Shown: piece by piece, positions 25,191 through 35,512 of the stretch
Position numbering within the stretch: the first letter of the stretch is position 1
How the letters are laid out: every line of letters starts with the position of its first letter
NCBI GenBank assembly: GCA_965368975.1
Contig: CBDUPA010000001.1
Span: 352,001-416,000, forward strand
DNA from: an uncultured bacterium
Lineage (GTDB): Bacteria > Acidobacteriota > Thermoanaerobaculia > Multivoradales > JAHZIX01
Direction of reading: 5' to 3'
DNA: 64,000 nucleotides
The notes under the pieces: model-generated
What the model was told of the DNA's origin: nothing
The model's input: the letters and a program-made list of their open reading frames with translations, nothing else
Database searches by the model: none
Position numbers and translations under genes: made by a program

Positions 25191-26975
25191 TCAGCGTCCA
25201 GCCGAAGTCGGAAGGCGGGACTCGCGCAGGGGCTCGTTCAACACCAGGAACTGGTCGATAGCGACGCCGCGCAGGATCGTTTCCTGGCCGCTCGGCCAGC
25301 GAACCTTCACCTCGTCGACCACGGCTGCCTCGCCGAGGCCGAAGTGCACCGTCAGGCTGTCCTGTGAATGGGCGCTCGAGCCGCCCTTGACCTGGCGGCG
25401 ATAGGTGGCACCGTCCGGTCCACCCGTGCGGATCTCGACCACAGTGCCGATGGCATCTGGACTGCTGAGGGTGCCTCGCAGTTCCAAGGCCAACCAGTGC
25501 GCCGTGGTCTGAGTGTCATTGCGCAGGACCTGCAGCGGGCCACGCTGATTGACTACCGCGAGGTCCAGGTCGCCGTCTCGATCATAGTCGGCGACCGCGC
25601 TGCCGCGGGTTCCGCCTCGGGGACTGCCGGTGACGATACCGGCTTGTTCGGCGACGTTGGTGAAGTGTACTTGGCCTGCGGTGTCCGTACCCTCGTTGCG
25701 GAAGAGGAACTCTGACTGAGCCGCACTCAGACGGGCCACGAACAGATCTTCCCATCCGTCGTTGTCGGCGTCGAAGAAGTTCACACCCCAGGAATCAGCG
25801 GCAGCGACACCGGCTTGCGGCGCCGAGTTGTCCTCGAGGCCGCCGCTGCCGTCGCCCAAGTACAGCACGTTGCCGCGTGGCAAGGCGTCCAGGGTCGTCG
25901 CGTAGATGTCCGAGATGTACAGATCCCAGTCGCCGTCCCGGTCGACGTCTGCGACGTCGATACCCATGCCGGCCTGCGCATCGTCGCCGAGCGTCAGTTG
26001 CTGGGCCATTTCCTCGCGGAAGGTCACCAGGCCGCTGTCTGGATCTGGGCCCAGGTTGCGGTAGAGGAAGTCGACGTGGAACGGGATGGGATCCCGTTTC
26101 GAAACGTTGACCACGTAGAGGTCGGGCCACAGGTCGTCGTCGAGCTGGAAGCCGCCCGCCATCAAGGCGCCTCGGTAGGTCAAGGCGTCGGTGCCGGGTT
26201 GAAGGCGACTGGTGATCGAGACGTCCTCGAAGGTGCCATCGCAGCGGTTTCGGTAAAGTCGATCTTGATTCGCCGGATCGCCGCCCGCATTGATCACCAT
26301 GTGTCCGACGAACAGGTCGATACAGCCATCGCGGTCGTAGTCCAGCCAGGCAGCGGTCTTGCTGCGGAATGCTGGCAGCTGTCCCAACGCAGGCTCCGCG
26401 AGATCGTCCACGCCGGCTTCTGCTGCCACTTCCTCGAACAACGGTTGTCCCGGCAGCAACGTGGCGCCGTTTTCCACCCACAGGTTCCGCAACAACAAGT
26501 TGGCTGGGCCATCTGGGTCGTTCCTGGTATTGCCCAGCCGGAACCGATCGTTGTCGGTGTAAATGAAAATATCTGGATCACCGTCGCGGTCGTAGTCGGC
26601 AAAGCGTGAACCCGACATCTCTACATCTGGCAGGACCGGCAGTCGAGAGTCGGCACGGCTGAAGGTGCCGTCGGCGTTGTTCAGGAAGAGGTGCGGAGGG
26701 TATCCAGGGCCGCCGCCGACGGCAAAGAGGTCGGGCCAGCCATCGGAGTTGACGTCGAGCCAGTTGACACCCAAGCTGTGGTTGGTGGGGGAGAAGTACT
26801 CGTCCCCCGCGATTCCGGCTTCGCTACTGACGTCTGTGAAGCGAATCTGAGCCTCGACAGTGTTGGTTAGCAGGAAGGGGCCGGTGATTATCCACGAAGT
26901 GATCATCCACCGAGTGATAACCCGCGGAGTGGTGCCTCGCAGAGCGGCAAGAAGGGTTCGCAAGATGGTTGGCAT
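25191..26975 (-). CDS. CRTAC1/ASPIC-UnbV family protein (paralog 2, divergent)
   Basis: FTDVSSEAGI; DYDRDGD repeats; GMGIDVAD; AIGTVV...GGSSAHSQD..VHFGLG...VRWPSG. Confidence 0.9.
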   Translation of the reverse strand: MPTILRTLLAALRGTTPRVITRWMITSWIITGPFLLTNTVEAQIRFTDVSSEAGIAGDEYFSPTNHSLGVNWLDVNSDGWPDLFAVGGGPGYPPHLFLNNADGTFSRADSRLPVLPDVEMSGSRFADYDRDGDPDIFIYTDNDRFRLGNTRNDPDGPANLLLRNLWVENGATLLPGQPLFEEVAAEAGVDDLAEPALGQLPAFRSKTAAWLDYDRDGCIDLFVGHMVINAGGDPANQDRLYRNRCDGTFEDVSITSRLQPGTDALTYRGALMAGGFQLDDDLWPDLYVVNVSKRDPIPFHVDFLYRNLGPDPDSGLVTFREEMAQQLTLGDDAQAGMGIDVADVDRDGDWDLYISDIYATTLDALPRGNVLYLGDGSGGLEDNSAPQAGVAAADSWGVNFFDADNDGWEDLFVARLSAAQSEFLFRNEGTDTAGQVHFTNVAEQAGIVTGSPRGGTRGSAVADYDRDGDLDLAVVNQRGPLQVLRNDTQTTAHWLALELRGTLSSPDAIGTVVEIRTGGPDGATYRRQVKGGSSAHSQDSLTVHFGLGEAAVVDEVKVRWPSGQETILRGVAIDQFLVLNEPLRESRLPTSAGR

Positions 26976-27035
26976 AGCCAGCTATACTATGGCGCTCTCT
27001 GTCGAGCGGCAAGCCGCCCAAAACCAGGAGAATCG

Positions 27036-28685
27036 ATGATCGCCACCCGCCAGCCGTTGCACTTCACAACCACTTCCCTGCTCTTCGCTGTCTGCGTCCT
27101 GGCAGCGTCTTCGGCACTACAGGCGCAGATCAACTTCGTCGAGATCGGCGCCCAGCGCGGTATCGCGCCCTATCAAATGGCCGACGGTCAAGGCGGCGGC
27201 GTCGCGGCTGCCGACTTCGACGACGACGGTGATGTCGACTTCTTCGTGCCCACCGCCGAAGGTACACCGCACCAGCTGTACCGCAACCTGGGCAACGGTG
27301 TGTTCCAGGAGATCGCGGCCGCTCGGGGCCTGGCGCTGACCGAGCGCGGTCGTGGTGCCTTGTGGTTCGACTACGACGGCGACAACCGTCTCGACCTGCT
27401 GGTGACGCGCGACTGCTTCGAGACTTCCTGCAACGGCTCGATGCTGCGCCTCTACCGCCAGAGCCCCAACGGTACCTTCAGCGACGTCACCACACCGGCC
27501 GGCCTGACCGAGACCGGCCTCACCACGATCATGCATCGGGGTGGTGCCGCGGCGGCCGACCTCAACGGTGACGGCTGGCTCGACCTGGTGACCGCCGTCT
27601 GGCAGGGCCCGATGCGGCTGTGGCTCAACCAAGGCAACGGTCGCTTCAGTGACGTCACCGCTGCCAGCGGTCTCAGCCTCGGCTTCCGTGGACACTGGCA
27701 GCCGGTGATCGCCGACCTCGACGGCGACGGCCGTCTCGACATCTACGTGGCGGTCGATTTCGCCGAGAACCGCCTGTGGCGGGGAACCGGTGCCAGCGGC
27801 GGCGTGCCGCGTTTCACCGACGTCGCCGCGGCGGCGAACTGCGACAACGCGATGAACGACATGGGGGTGGCCCTCGGCGACTACGACGAGGACGGCGATC
27901 CCGACCTCTACGTCACCAACATCTTCACCAATCTCTTCTACAACATCCTGCTGCGCAACGATTCCAGCGCCGGTAACGCGGCCTTCGCCGAGCGCTCGAT
28001 GCAAGCCGCCGTGCGCAACGGTGGCTGGGGCTGGGGCACCACCTTCTTCGATATCAACAACGACACCTTTCTCGATCTGGTCGAGACCAACGGCTGGGAG
28101 CAGCCCCAATGGCTGCAGCCACCACGCCTGTACGTCAACAACAGCCAGTCGCCGCCCAAGTTCCTCGACCTCGCGTCCACCGCCGGCTTCACGCAGGAAG
28201 CCTGGGGTAGCTCGATCGTCGCTGTCGACGCCGATCGCGACGGCGCCCTCGACCTGCTGCACACAGTCTCGGGTGGCAACCTCGAGCTGTTCCAGAGCCA
28301 GCTCAGCGCTGGCACCGGCAGCCGTCATTACCTGGTGATTCGACCGCGGCAGACGACCGCTCCGGCGAGCCGCAACGCTCGTGCCATCGGAGCGCGCGTC
28401 ACCGTCGAGTTCAGTGGGCGCACTTTGACGCGCTGGATCACCGCTGGGATCAGCTTTCTGGGGCAAGAACCGGCGGAAGCTCACTTTGGCCTGGGTGGCG
28501 CCACCAGCATCGACAAGGTCACCGTCTTCTGGCCGGACGGCTCGGAGACCGCCTTCTGCGACGTTCCCGGCGACGACGTGCTGACTCTCACGCCGACCAG
28601 TCTGACCGATCCGGGTGCGCGTGCCGTTGGCACCCTGTGCTCGGCCCCGCCGCCGTCCGGGCGTGAGCTGCGCATTCCCAAGTAG
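27036..28685 (+). CDS. CRTAC1/ASPIC-UnbV family protein (paralog 3)
   Basis: FG-GAP repeats, WGWGTTFFD, GISFLGQEPAEAHFGLG; AGGAG RBS. Confidence 0.9.
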   Translation: MIATRQPLHFTTTSLLFAVCVLAASSALQAQINFVEIGAQRGIAPYQMADGQGGGVAAADFDDDGDVDFFVPTAEGTPHQLYRNLGNGVFQEIAAARGLALTERGRGALWFDYDGDNRLDLLVTRDCFETSCNGSMLRLYRQSPNGTFSDVTTPAGLTETGLTTIMHRGGAAAADLNGDGWLDLVTAVWQGPMRLWLNQGNGRFSDVTAASGLSLGFRGHWQPVIADLDGDGRLDIYVAVDFAENRLWRGTGASGGVPRFTDVAAAANCDNAMNDMGVALGDYDEDGDPDLYVTNIFTNLFYNILLRNDSSAGNAAFAERSMQAAVRNGGWGWGTTFFDINNDTFLDLVETNGWEQPQWLQPPRLYVNNSQSPPKFLDLASTAGFTQEAWGSSIVAVDADRDGALDLLHTVSGGNLELFQSQLSAGTGSRHYLVIRPRQTTAPASRNARAIGARVTVEFSGRTLTRWITAGISFLGQEPAEAHFGLGGATSIDKVTVFWPDGSETAFCDVPGDDVLTLTPTSLTDPGARAVGTLCSAPPPSGRELRIPK

Positions 28686-28765
28686 CAGCACAAGGTCGGC
28701 GGCAGTCGGCATTGCCTTCTTTGCGGGAACTCCGCTACACTTCCAATATTCCATTGGAGGTTCTC

Positions 28766-30484
28766 ATGAAGCAGCGTTCCCGCTCGGGGATTTGTCGTGC
28801 CCGCCTTGTGTCCGCGGTTCTCCTTGGCAGCCTGGTTCTCGTGTCAGGGCTCCCCACTGCAGCACAAATTCGTTTCATAGATATTACCGATCAAAGCGGT
28901 TTGCAATATTTCGAGATGGCGCGACAGGGCTACGGAGCTGGCCTGGCTGCCGCCGATTTCGATGACGACGGGGATGTCGACCTCTTCGTGCCGACCGCGG
29001 CCGACACGCCCGACCAGCTCTACCGCAACCTGGGTGGTGGGCAGTTCGAAGAGGTCGGCGCGGCGCTCGGCGTTGCCGGGACGCAGCGCTCGCGCGCAGG
29101 GCTGTGGTTCGACTACGACGGCGACGGCCGGCTCGACTTGCTGGTCAGCGGCGATTGCTACCAGGTCGACTGTGCGTCCGCCGGCTCGCTCCTGCGCCTC
29201 TTCCGTCAGCAGCCCAACGGCCGCTTCCTCGACGTCACGGCCGCTGCCGGTCTCACCGAGCAGGGACAATCGCCGAATGAGCACCGCTCCGGCGCCGCGG
29301 CGGCCGATCTGAACGGGGATGGCTACCTGGACCTGGTCACCGGCTTCTGGATGGGCCGGCTGCACCTGTACCTCAACCAGGGCAACGGGCGCTTCCGGGA
29401 CGTCTCCGTCGCCGCCGGTATCGGCACCGCCTCCGTCGGCCACCTGCAGCCGGTGATTCTGGACTTCGACGGCGACGGCAGACTCGACATCTACACTTCC
29501 GTCGACTTCGAGAAAAACCGTCTGTGGCAGCACCAAGGCACGCAGAGCGGCATGCCCAAGTTCAAGGAAGTTGCCGTCGCTGCCGGCTGTGCCAACTCCA
29601 TGAACGACATGGGTGTGGCCATCGGGGACTATGACGAAGACGGCGATCCCGATGTCTACGTGAGCAACATCTACACCAACATCCTCTACAACGTGCTGCA
29701 GCGCAATGACTCGACCCCGGGTACGGCCAGCTTCCGCGAGGTGTCGCGCCAGGCCGGCGTGCGCGACGGCGGCTGGGGCTGGGGTACCACCTTCTTCGAC
29801 GCCGACAACGACACCTACCTCGATCTGGCCGAGACCAACGGTTGGACGAGCACCAAGTGGGAGCAGCCGCCGCGGCTGTTCGTGCACCGACGCACTGCGC
29901 CCGTCACCTACCTGGAGCTCGCCGGCCCGTCCGGACTGCAAGACCCCGCTTGGGGCAGCTCCCTGATCGCCTTCGACGTCGATCGCGACGGCGACCTCGA
30001 CCTGCTGCAGAACCTGCGCGACGGGGGCTTCCAGCTCTACCAGAATCAGCTCAACGCCGGCGGCGCGAACAGCCATTACCTGGTCGTGCGCCCGCGCCAG
30101 GAGCACAGCGCTGCCGCGCAACGCAATCGGCGTGCTCTCGGTGCCAAGGTGAGCGTCGAGGTGGCTGGTCGCACGCTGGTGCGCTGGATCACCGCCGGCA
30201 TCAGCTTCTTTGGCCAGGAGCCGGCGGAGGCCTTTTTCGGCCTCGGTTCCGCGACCAGGGTCGACAAGGTCACCGTCACCTGGCCGGATGGCAACCAGAC
30301 CTCGTTCTGTAACGTCCCTGCCGACCAGGTCGTGACCCTGACCACCGGTGGCGGGTCCGCGTCCGGCCAGGGCCGAGCCCGCCTGGCGTCGCAGGCTCGG
30401 GCCACCGGGGCGACGGCGGAGAAGAACGTCGGCGTGGCGTGCGGCGACACGACGTCGGGGCGGCAGATGAGGGTTGTCGAGTGA
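28766..30484 (+). CDS. CRTAC1/ASPIC-UnbV family protein (paralog 4)
   Basis: GGAGG RBS before ATG 28766; same motif set as paralogs 1 and 3. Confidence 0.9.
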   Translation: MKQRSRSGICRARLVSAVLLGSLVLVSGLPTAAQIRFIDITDQSGLQYFEMARQGYGAGLAAADFDDDGDVDLFVPTAADTPDQLYRNLGGGQFEEVGAALGVAGTQRSRAGLWFDYDGDGRLDLLVSGDCYQVDCASAGSLLRLFRQQPNGRFLDVTAAAGLTEQGQSPNEHRSGAAAADLNGDGYLDLVTGFWMGRLHLYLNQGNGRFRDVSVAAGIGTASVGHLQPVILDFDGDGRLDIYTSVDFEKNRLWQHQGTQSGMPKFKEVAVAAGCANSMNDMGVAIGDYDEDGDPDVYVSNIYTNILYNVLQRNDSTPGTASFREVSRQAGVRDGGWGWGTTFFDADNDTYLDLAETNGWTSTKWEQPPRLFVHRRTAPVTYLELAGPSGLQDPAWGSSLIAFDVDRDGDLDLLQNLRDGGFQLYQNQLNAGGANSHYLVVRPRQEHSAAAQRNRRALGAKVSVEVAGRTLVRWITAGISFFGQEPAEAFFGLGSATRVDKVTVTWPDGNQTSFCNVPADQVVTLTTGGGSASGQGRARLASQARATGATAEKNVGVACGDTTSGRQMRVVE

Positions 30485-30561
30485 GTTTCTGAGTTCGGAG
30501 CAAGTTTCTTGGCAGGGTTCTCCGCTCGTTTCCGTGAGTAGAGGGTGAAAGGAGATCTATC

Positions 30562-33024
30562 ATGATCCATACGTCCTCTTTCCGGACACGCAGTCAAAAT
30601 CCGAAGCCCTTCATCTCCCACCGTCTCGGCAGCGTTCTCGTCTGCGCCACGCTCGTGGCGGGCAGTCTCGTTACCGGTAACGCGCTGGCCCAGTCGTCGA
30701 TCGTCGGTGACGCCGACGGCAGCGGTTCGGTGAACCATTCCGATGTCGCCTTCGTGCAGGCGGCGATCGATAGCGAGACGGCGCAGACGCAGCCCTACGC
30801 CCTCACCGACGTTGCCGTGCCGTGCGATGGCTATGTCGACGGTGCCGACCTGGCGTTGATCGATCGAGCCGCTCGCACGGGACCACGCGAGGCGCCGGTC
30901 GTTTCCGTCTGCCACGGCGTGGCGATCGGAACACCTCTACCGCAGCCGGAGCCCCCGAGTGACCCGGTGACGCTCGACGACATCTTCTGGGACATCGGCG
31001 AGCAGGTACCGGAGTTCGGCGGCCTGTACTTCGATAGCCAGGGCGCGGCGACGATCGTGCTCACCAAGGACGACGAAGAGGTCGTGCAGGTGGCCTCCGA
31101 AGTCGTGTTCCAGTACTTCGACCAGGAACGCCTGGGCACCGAGACACTGCGCGTCGTTCCCGGCGACTACGGTTTCAACGAGCTGCACGGCTGGCGCGTC
31201 GAGACGCGCGACGTGCTGACTCTTCCCGGCGTGGTGGCGGTGGATACCGACGAGGTGGCCAATCGCTACTGGATCGGTCTCGAGAGCTGGGACTATCGCG
31301 AGTCCGTCGAGCTGTACCTGCAGAATGCGGGCGTACCGCTGGCGCTGGTGCAGTTCGAAGAGACCGGCCTCGATGTCGAGACGCAGGCTACCGGATTCAT
31401 CGAGCAGATGCGTCCGATCATGGGTGGCATCGGGGTGCAGAACTGCACCATCGGTGTCGTGCTCAACATGCTGGGGCAGCGCGGTTTCCTGATCAACTCG
31501 CACTGTACCGCCACCAGTGGCATGGTCGACGGCTTCCAGTTCTTCCAGCCCGGTGGCATTCCAGGCGACGGCGTGGGTACGGAGATCTTCGACCCACCGT
31601 TGTTCACCAGTGCCACGAACTCAGCGTGCCCGAGCGGCGAGGTCTGCCGCTTCAGCGATGCTGCTTTTGTGCGAACCAACTTCCTGGCCACCAGCGTTCG
31701 GGGTCGTGTGCGTCGTTCGGCGAGCGCTGGCGTGCATGGCTTCCGCTGGATCGAGAACGTCGAGATGAACCCGCTGTGCGGCGATCCGGTGACCAAGTCC
31801 GGGCAGACCACGGGCGCGGAACTGGGTGAGATCACCAAGACTTGCACCGATCGCAACGTGGGTTTCATGAAGCTGTGCCAGCTGAAGGCATCCGCGCAGT
31901 CCGACTTCGGCGACAGTGGCGGGCCGGTCTACCAGGACGGACCCACCGGTCCCTACTTCCACGATGACGAAGCCACTTTCATCGGCCTCAACTGGGGCAA
32001 GACCTGGAATGGCAGCGCGCTGATCTCGCCGATGAGCGGTCTGATCGCCGACCTCGGCAGCTTCGATCCCACCTCGGGCGACGATCCGCCCATTGTCAAC
32101 ATCACCAGTCCGTTGCAGGGTGACACCATCGGCACCGGCAGCAGTTACCCCATCGTGCTGAGTGCTACCGTCAACGACTTCGAGAGCGGCTTTGCTTGCG
32201 AAGGGTGCCTGGTCGACTGGACGTCGACGCTCGACGGCTATCTCGGCAGTACGGTGGTCAGTGGCGGCGTTACGAGCCTGTCCACCGAACTGTTCGGTCC
32301 GGGCACGCGTACCATCAAGGCCACCGCGCAGGACTACGGCACCGGCGTCGGTATCGACGAGGTGACGGTGCACACCGGCAACACCGCCGCTTCGATCTGG
32401 ATCGACCAGCCGGCCAACTACGCGCAGGTGCCGATTGGCGTTGGCGTCACGTTCTCGGGCTCCAGCGCCGATCCGGAGATGATGGGCGCGCCACTGGGTT
32501 GCAACGCGGTGGTCTGGCTCCCGAAGGGACCGGGCGACCAGGGGGCCTTCGGCTGCTCCGCGGTGCTGACCTTCAACAGCCTGGGCTTGCGACAGGTCGA
32601 GTTCCGCGGCATCGATCCGTACGGTGAGATCAGCTCGGCGTCGATCTGGGTCCAGGTGGTGCCGCTGCCGACCACCGGACCGCCGCTGATCACCTTGCTA
32701 GCACCGGAAGTGAACCCACTGCTGGCCCGCGACGAGTTCCAGCAGGTGTCCGGCTACGCGACCGATCCTGACGGCAAGAGTCCGCTGACCTTCCAGTGGG
32801 TGCTCAAGGGACCGAACCTGATCGGCGGCACCAACGGTGAACTGACGCTGGCGACCACGACGGCGAACAATGGGCAAACGACATCGTTCAGCTTCGTGCC
32901 GTCGTCCTACGTCAGCGAGGTGTGCGGTGGCGTCGTGCTCGATCTAGAGGTCCGGGTGACGGACGCCGACAACCAGCAGTCGGTGATGACCCGCCAGGTG
33001 ACGGTCGCCGGACCGCTCTGCTGA
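30562..33024 (+). CDS. Secreted S1 (chymotrypsin-like) serine protease with N-terminal dockerin-like duplicate and C-terminal Ig/PKD-like domains
   Basis: GDADGSGSVNHSD...DGYVDGADL (dockerin-like); CTIG, INSHC (His), SDAAF (Asp), KSGQTTG, GDSGGP (Ser); PPIVNITSP Ig-like starts. Confidence 0.82.
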   Translation: MIHTSSFRTRSQNPKPFISHRLGSVLVCATLVAGSLVTGNALAQSSIVGDADGSGSVNHSDVAFVQAAIDSETAQTQPYALTDVAVPCDGYVDGADLALIDRAARTGPREAPVVSVCHGVAIGTPLPQPEPPSDPVTLDDIFWDIGEQVPEFGGLYFDSQGAATIVLTKDDEEVVQVASEVVFQYFDQERLGTETLRVVPGDYGFNELHGWRVETRDVLTLPGVVAVDTDEVANRYWIGLESWDYRESVELYLQNAGVPLALVQFEETGLDVETQATGFIEQMRPIMGGIGVQNCTIGVVLNMLGQRGFLINSHCTATSGMVDGFQFFQPGGIPGDGVGTEIFDPPLFTSATNSACPSGEVCRFSDAAFVRTNFLATSVRGRVRRSASAGVHGFRWIENVEMNPLCGDPVTKSGQTTGAELGEITKTCTDRNVGFMKLCQLKASAQSDFGDSGGPVYQDGPTGPYFHDDEATFIGLNWGKTWNGSALISPMSGLIADLGSFDPTSGDDPPIVNITSPLQGDTIGTGSSYPIVLSATVNDFESGFACEGCLVDWTSTLDGYLGSTVVSGGVTSLSTELFGPGTRTIKATAQDYGTGVGIDEVTVHTGNTAASIWIDQPANYAQVPIGVGVTFSGSSADPEMMGAPLGCNAVVWLPKGPGDQGAFGCSAVLTFNSLGLRQVEFRGIDPYGEISSASIWVQVVPLPTTGPPLITLLAPEVNPLLARDEFQQVSGYATDPDGKSPLTFQWVLKGPNLIGGTNGELTLATTTANNGQTTSFSFVPSSYVSEVCGGVVLDLEVRVTDADNQQSVMTRQVTVAGPLC

Positions 33025-33045
33025 CCGGTCGTTCTCCCGGCTGAG

Positions 33046-33096
33046 ACGGCACGGTGACGAGACGGCGCGGCCGCGTCGATCTCGGCACCGTGCCGT
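33046..33096 (+). terminator. Long intergenic stem-loop after the S1 protease gene
   Basis: ACGGCACGGTG...CACCGTGCCGT inverted repeat with internal pairing, followed by TGCTTTGT. Confidence 0.45.
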
Positions 33097-33160
33097 TGCT
33101 TTGTAAGGGGAGGGAGTGTTATGGTGCGAAAGCATAATCAATGTGGAGGAGATTCATCCC

Positions 33161-35512
33161 ATGCTCAATCGTATTCTCACCGGCCCTTCTGCCTTCGGCA
33201 TCGCCCTCGCCCTGCTCGCTTTACCGACTCTGCCGACGCTGGCCCAAGAACGGGCGGCGCTGCGCGAGTCCCGAGATCCGAACACCGTCTGCAGTTGGGA
33301 CACTGGTTTTCATATCCGTGGGTTCAATGGGTCCGTGAACGCCATCCTCGAATTCGACGATGGTAGCGGCAGTGCCGTCTACGCGGCGGGCGACTTCACG
33401 GCTTTCGAGGACCAGCCCCTGCCGCGCGTTGCCAAGTGGAACGGCAGCGCCTGGAGCCCGGTCGGGGTCGGTTTCGACGCCGCAGTGCTGACGTTGGAGG
33501 TCTACGATGATGGCACCGGTCCCGCGCTCTACGCGGGCGGTGCCTTCAAGCGCAGCGGCAGGATGGCGACCCCCTACATTGCGATGTGGGACGGCCACGC
33601 CTGGCGACCACTCGCGGACGGCGCCCATTGGCAGGTCGTGGACCTGCAGGTTCATGACGACGGCAGCGGACCGGCGCTCTACGCCGCCGGCTCGTTCGAC
33701 CTTCCTGGCTCCTCCGACGAGGTGTCCTCGCTGGCGCGTTGGAACGGGCGCTCTTGGGTCTTCCTATCGCCGCCGGGATCGGTCTTCAGCATGGCCTCCT
33801 TCGACGCCGGTGACGGTCCCCGACTCTTCGTGGGTGGCAGCTTCTCCCTTGGCACGGACGATCCCTATCCAGACATTCCGTATGCATCGAAGCTCGAGAG
33901 TCACGGGTTGTTGGTCTGGGACGGGTCGACCTGGCAGGTGCCGGGGGACGGTGTCGATCCCCAGATATGGTCTTTGGGGGTGTTCGACCTGGGGAGCGGC
34001 CCGGCGCTGTATATTGGCACCCGGTTGACCGGCAGCGCGGCGCAAGGAGTACTGCGGTGGGATGGTAGCTCCTACGAGATCCTGGGGACTCGCGATTACC
34101 GTGGCACCATCTGGACGCTGGCAGCCTTCGACGACGGCAGCGGTCCGGCCTTGTATGCGGCCGGCAACATGGTGCAGGACAGCGGCGGACTGGCCGCGGG
34201 TATCCTGCGCTGGGACGGAGCATCGTGGCAGTTGGCGGGCGGCGGCGTCGACGAGTGGGTACGGACCCTGTGGGTGCGCGAGGAAGCGCAGGGCAGCGTG
34301 CTCTACGTCGGTGGCACCTTCACGAATGTGGGCGCCTGGAGTCCGAGCGGTCCGATTCCTTGGCTCTCCAGGGGTGTGGTCTCCAGCGGCTTGGCACGCT
34401 GGAACGGCGTCGACTGGTCGACGCCGCCCGGTACCACGGGACAGGGCCAAGGGCTCGACGACTGGGTGGAATCGCTGGCCGTCTATGACGATGGCAGCGG
34501 CCCGGCGTTGGTCGCGAGTGGTTTCTTCAACGACGCGGGGGGTGAACCGGTTGAGTTCATCGCTCGCTGGGACGGAGAAGCATGGCAGGCCTTGGGAGAC
34601 GGACTGGGCTACTCGGCCAGCGCCCTCGCGGTGTTCGACGCCGGCAGCGGGCCGCAGTTGATCGCTGCCGGCTGGTTCACCGAGGCTGGCGGTGCCGAGG
34701 CCTCCTACATCGCGGCCTGGGATGGTTCGGCCTGGCAGCCCCTGGGTACGGGCCTCGACGATGTGGCGCAGAGGCTCGCGGTGTACGACGATGGCACCGG
34801 TAACGCCTTGTACGCGGCCGGGCGCTTCCGCCGAGCTGGGGGTGTCGAGGCCGATCGCGTGGCGCGCTGGGACGGCCAAGCCTGGTCCGCGCTCGGCAAC
34901 GGTCCGGGAGGCGACGTCTATGATCTGGTGGTGTGGAATGACGGTGACGGGCCCGCGCTGTATGCCCTGGGAGCCTTCGGCACGGTCGAAGATCCGGTTG
35001 GCTTGCTGCAGTGGGACAGTACCGTGTGGCGCCAGGTGGACCAGAGCCGTCCCCCCGGCGATGTCTCTTCGGTGCATGTGCTCGACGACACCGCGCTCTT
35101 CGGTACCTACGCACCTTCCCTCTACGTGACGCTGAACGACTCTCAGGGATCGGCCACGGTGGCACGCTGGGACGGTACGGGCTGGCAAGTGCTGGAGGGT
35201 CTCGAGGGCGTGGTCTTCGCTCTCGAGATTGTCGACGCAGCTGGCGGTCCGACGTTGTATGCGGCGGGCCTGTTGTACGAGAACGGAGACCAAGCTGGAG
35301 GCCTGGCGTACTGGAACGGCAAGGAGTGGCGAAGGGAGCGCTTCGCGGCTGTCGAGACCGTGCGGACGCTGCTACAGCATGACGATGGCAGCGGTCCCGC
35401 CCTGTTCGCCGGTGGCCACTTCCGCAACGCCGATGGAACCTTCTCATCGCGCATCGGCAAGTACAGCTGCGAAGCGGACCCCGTGGTCGATTTCACAGGC
35501 AGTTGTCGATGA
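33161..35512 (+). CDS. Secreted beta-propeller repeat protein (YDDGxGPALYA repeats), paralog of 12590-14896
   Basis: GGAGGAG RBS; signal peptide; same repeat unit and the same N-terminal C-x-W-x-x-G-F-H start; lacks the GFESG tail. Confidence 0.85.
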   Translation: MLNRILTGPSAFGIALALLALPTLPTLAQERAALRESRDPNTVCSWDTGFHIRGFNGSVNAILEFDDGSGSAVYAAGDFTAFEDQPLPRVAKWNGSAWSPVGVGFDAAVLTLEVYDDGTGPALYAGGAFKRSGRMATPYIAMWDGHAWRPLADGAHWQVVDLQVHDDGSGPALYAAGSFDLPGSSDEVSSLARWNGRSWVFLSPPGSVFSMASFDAGDGPRLFVGGSFSLGTDDPYPDIPYASKLESHGLLVWDGSTWQVPGDGVDPQIWSLGVFDLGSGPALYIGTRLTGSAAQGVLRWDGSSYEILGTRDYRGTIWTLAAFDDGSGPALYAAGNMVQDSGGLAAGILRWDGASWQLAGGGVDEWVRTLWVREEAQGSVLYVGGTFTNVGAWSPSGPIPWLSRGVVSSGLARWNGVDWSTPPGTTGQGQGLDDWVESLAVYDDGSGPALVASGFFNDAGGEPVEFIARWDGEAWQALGDGLGYSASALAVFDAGSGPQLIAAGWFTEAGGAEASYIAAWDGSAWQPLGTGLDDVAQRLAVYDDGTGNALYAAGRFRRAGGVEADRVARWDGQAWSALGNGPGGDVYDLVVWNDGDGPALYALGAFGTVEDPVGLLQWDSTVWRQVDQSRPPGDVSSVHVLDDTALFGTYAPSLYVTLNDSQGSATVARWDGTGWQVLEGLEGVVFALEIVDAAGGPTLYAAGLLYENGDQAGGLAYWNGKEWRRERFAAVETVRTLLQHDDGSGPALFAGGHFRNADGTFSSRIGKYSCEADPVVDFTGSCR

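Noticed and set aside
22491-30484. Enediyne biosynthetic cluster suggested by UnbV domains
   Set aside because: No PKSE, thioesterase or UnbL/UnbU genes are in the window, and ASPIC-UnbV is widespread outside such clusters
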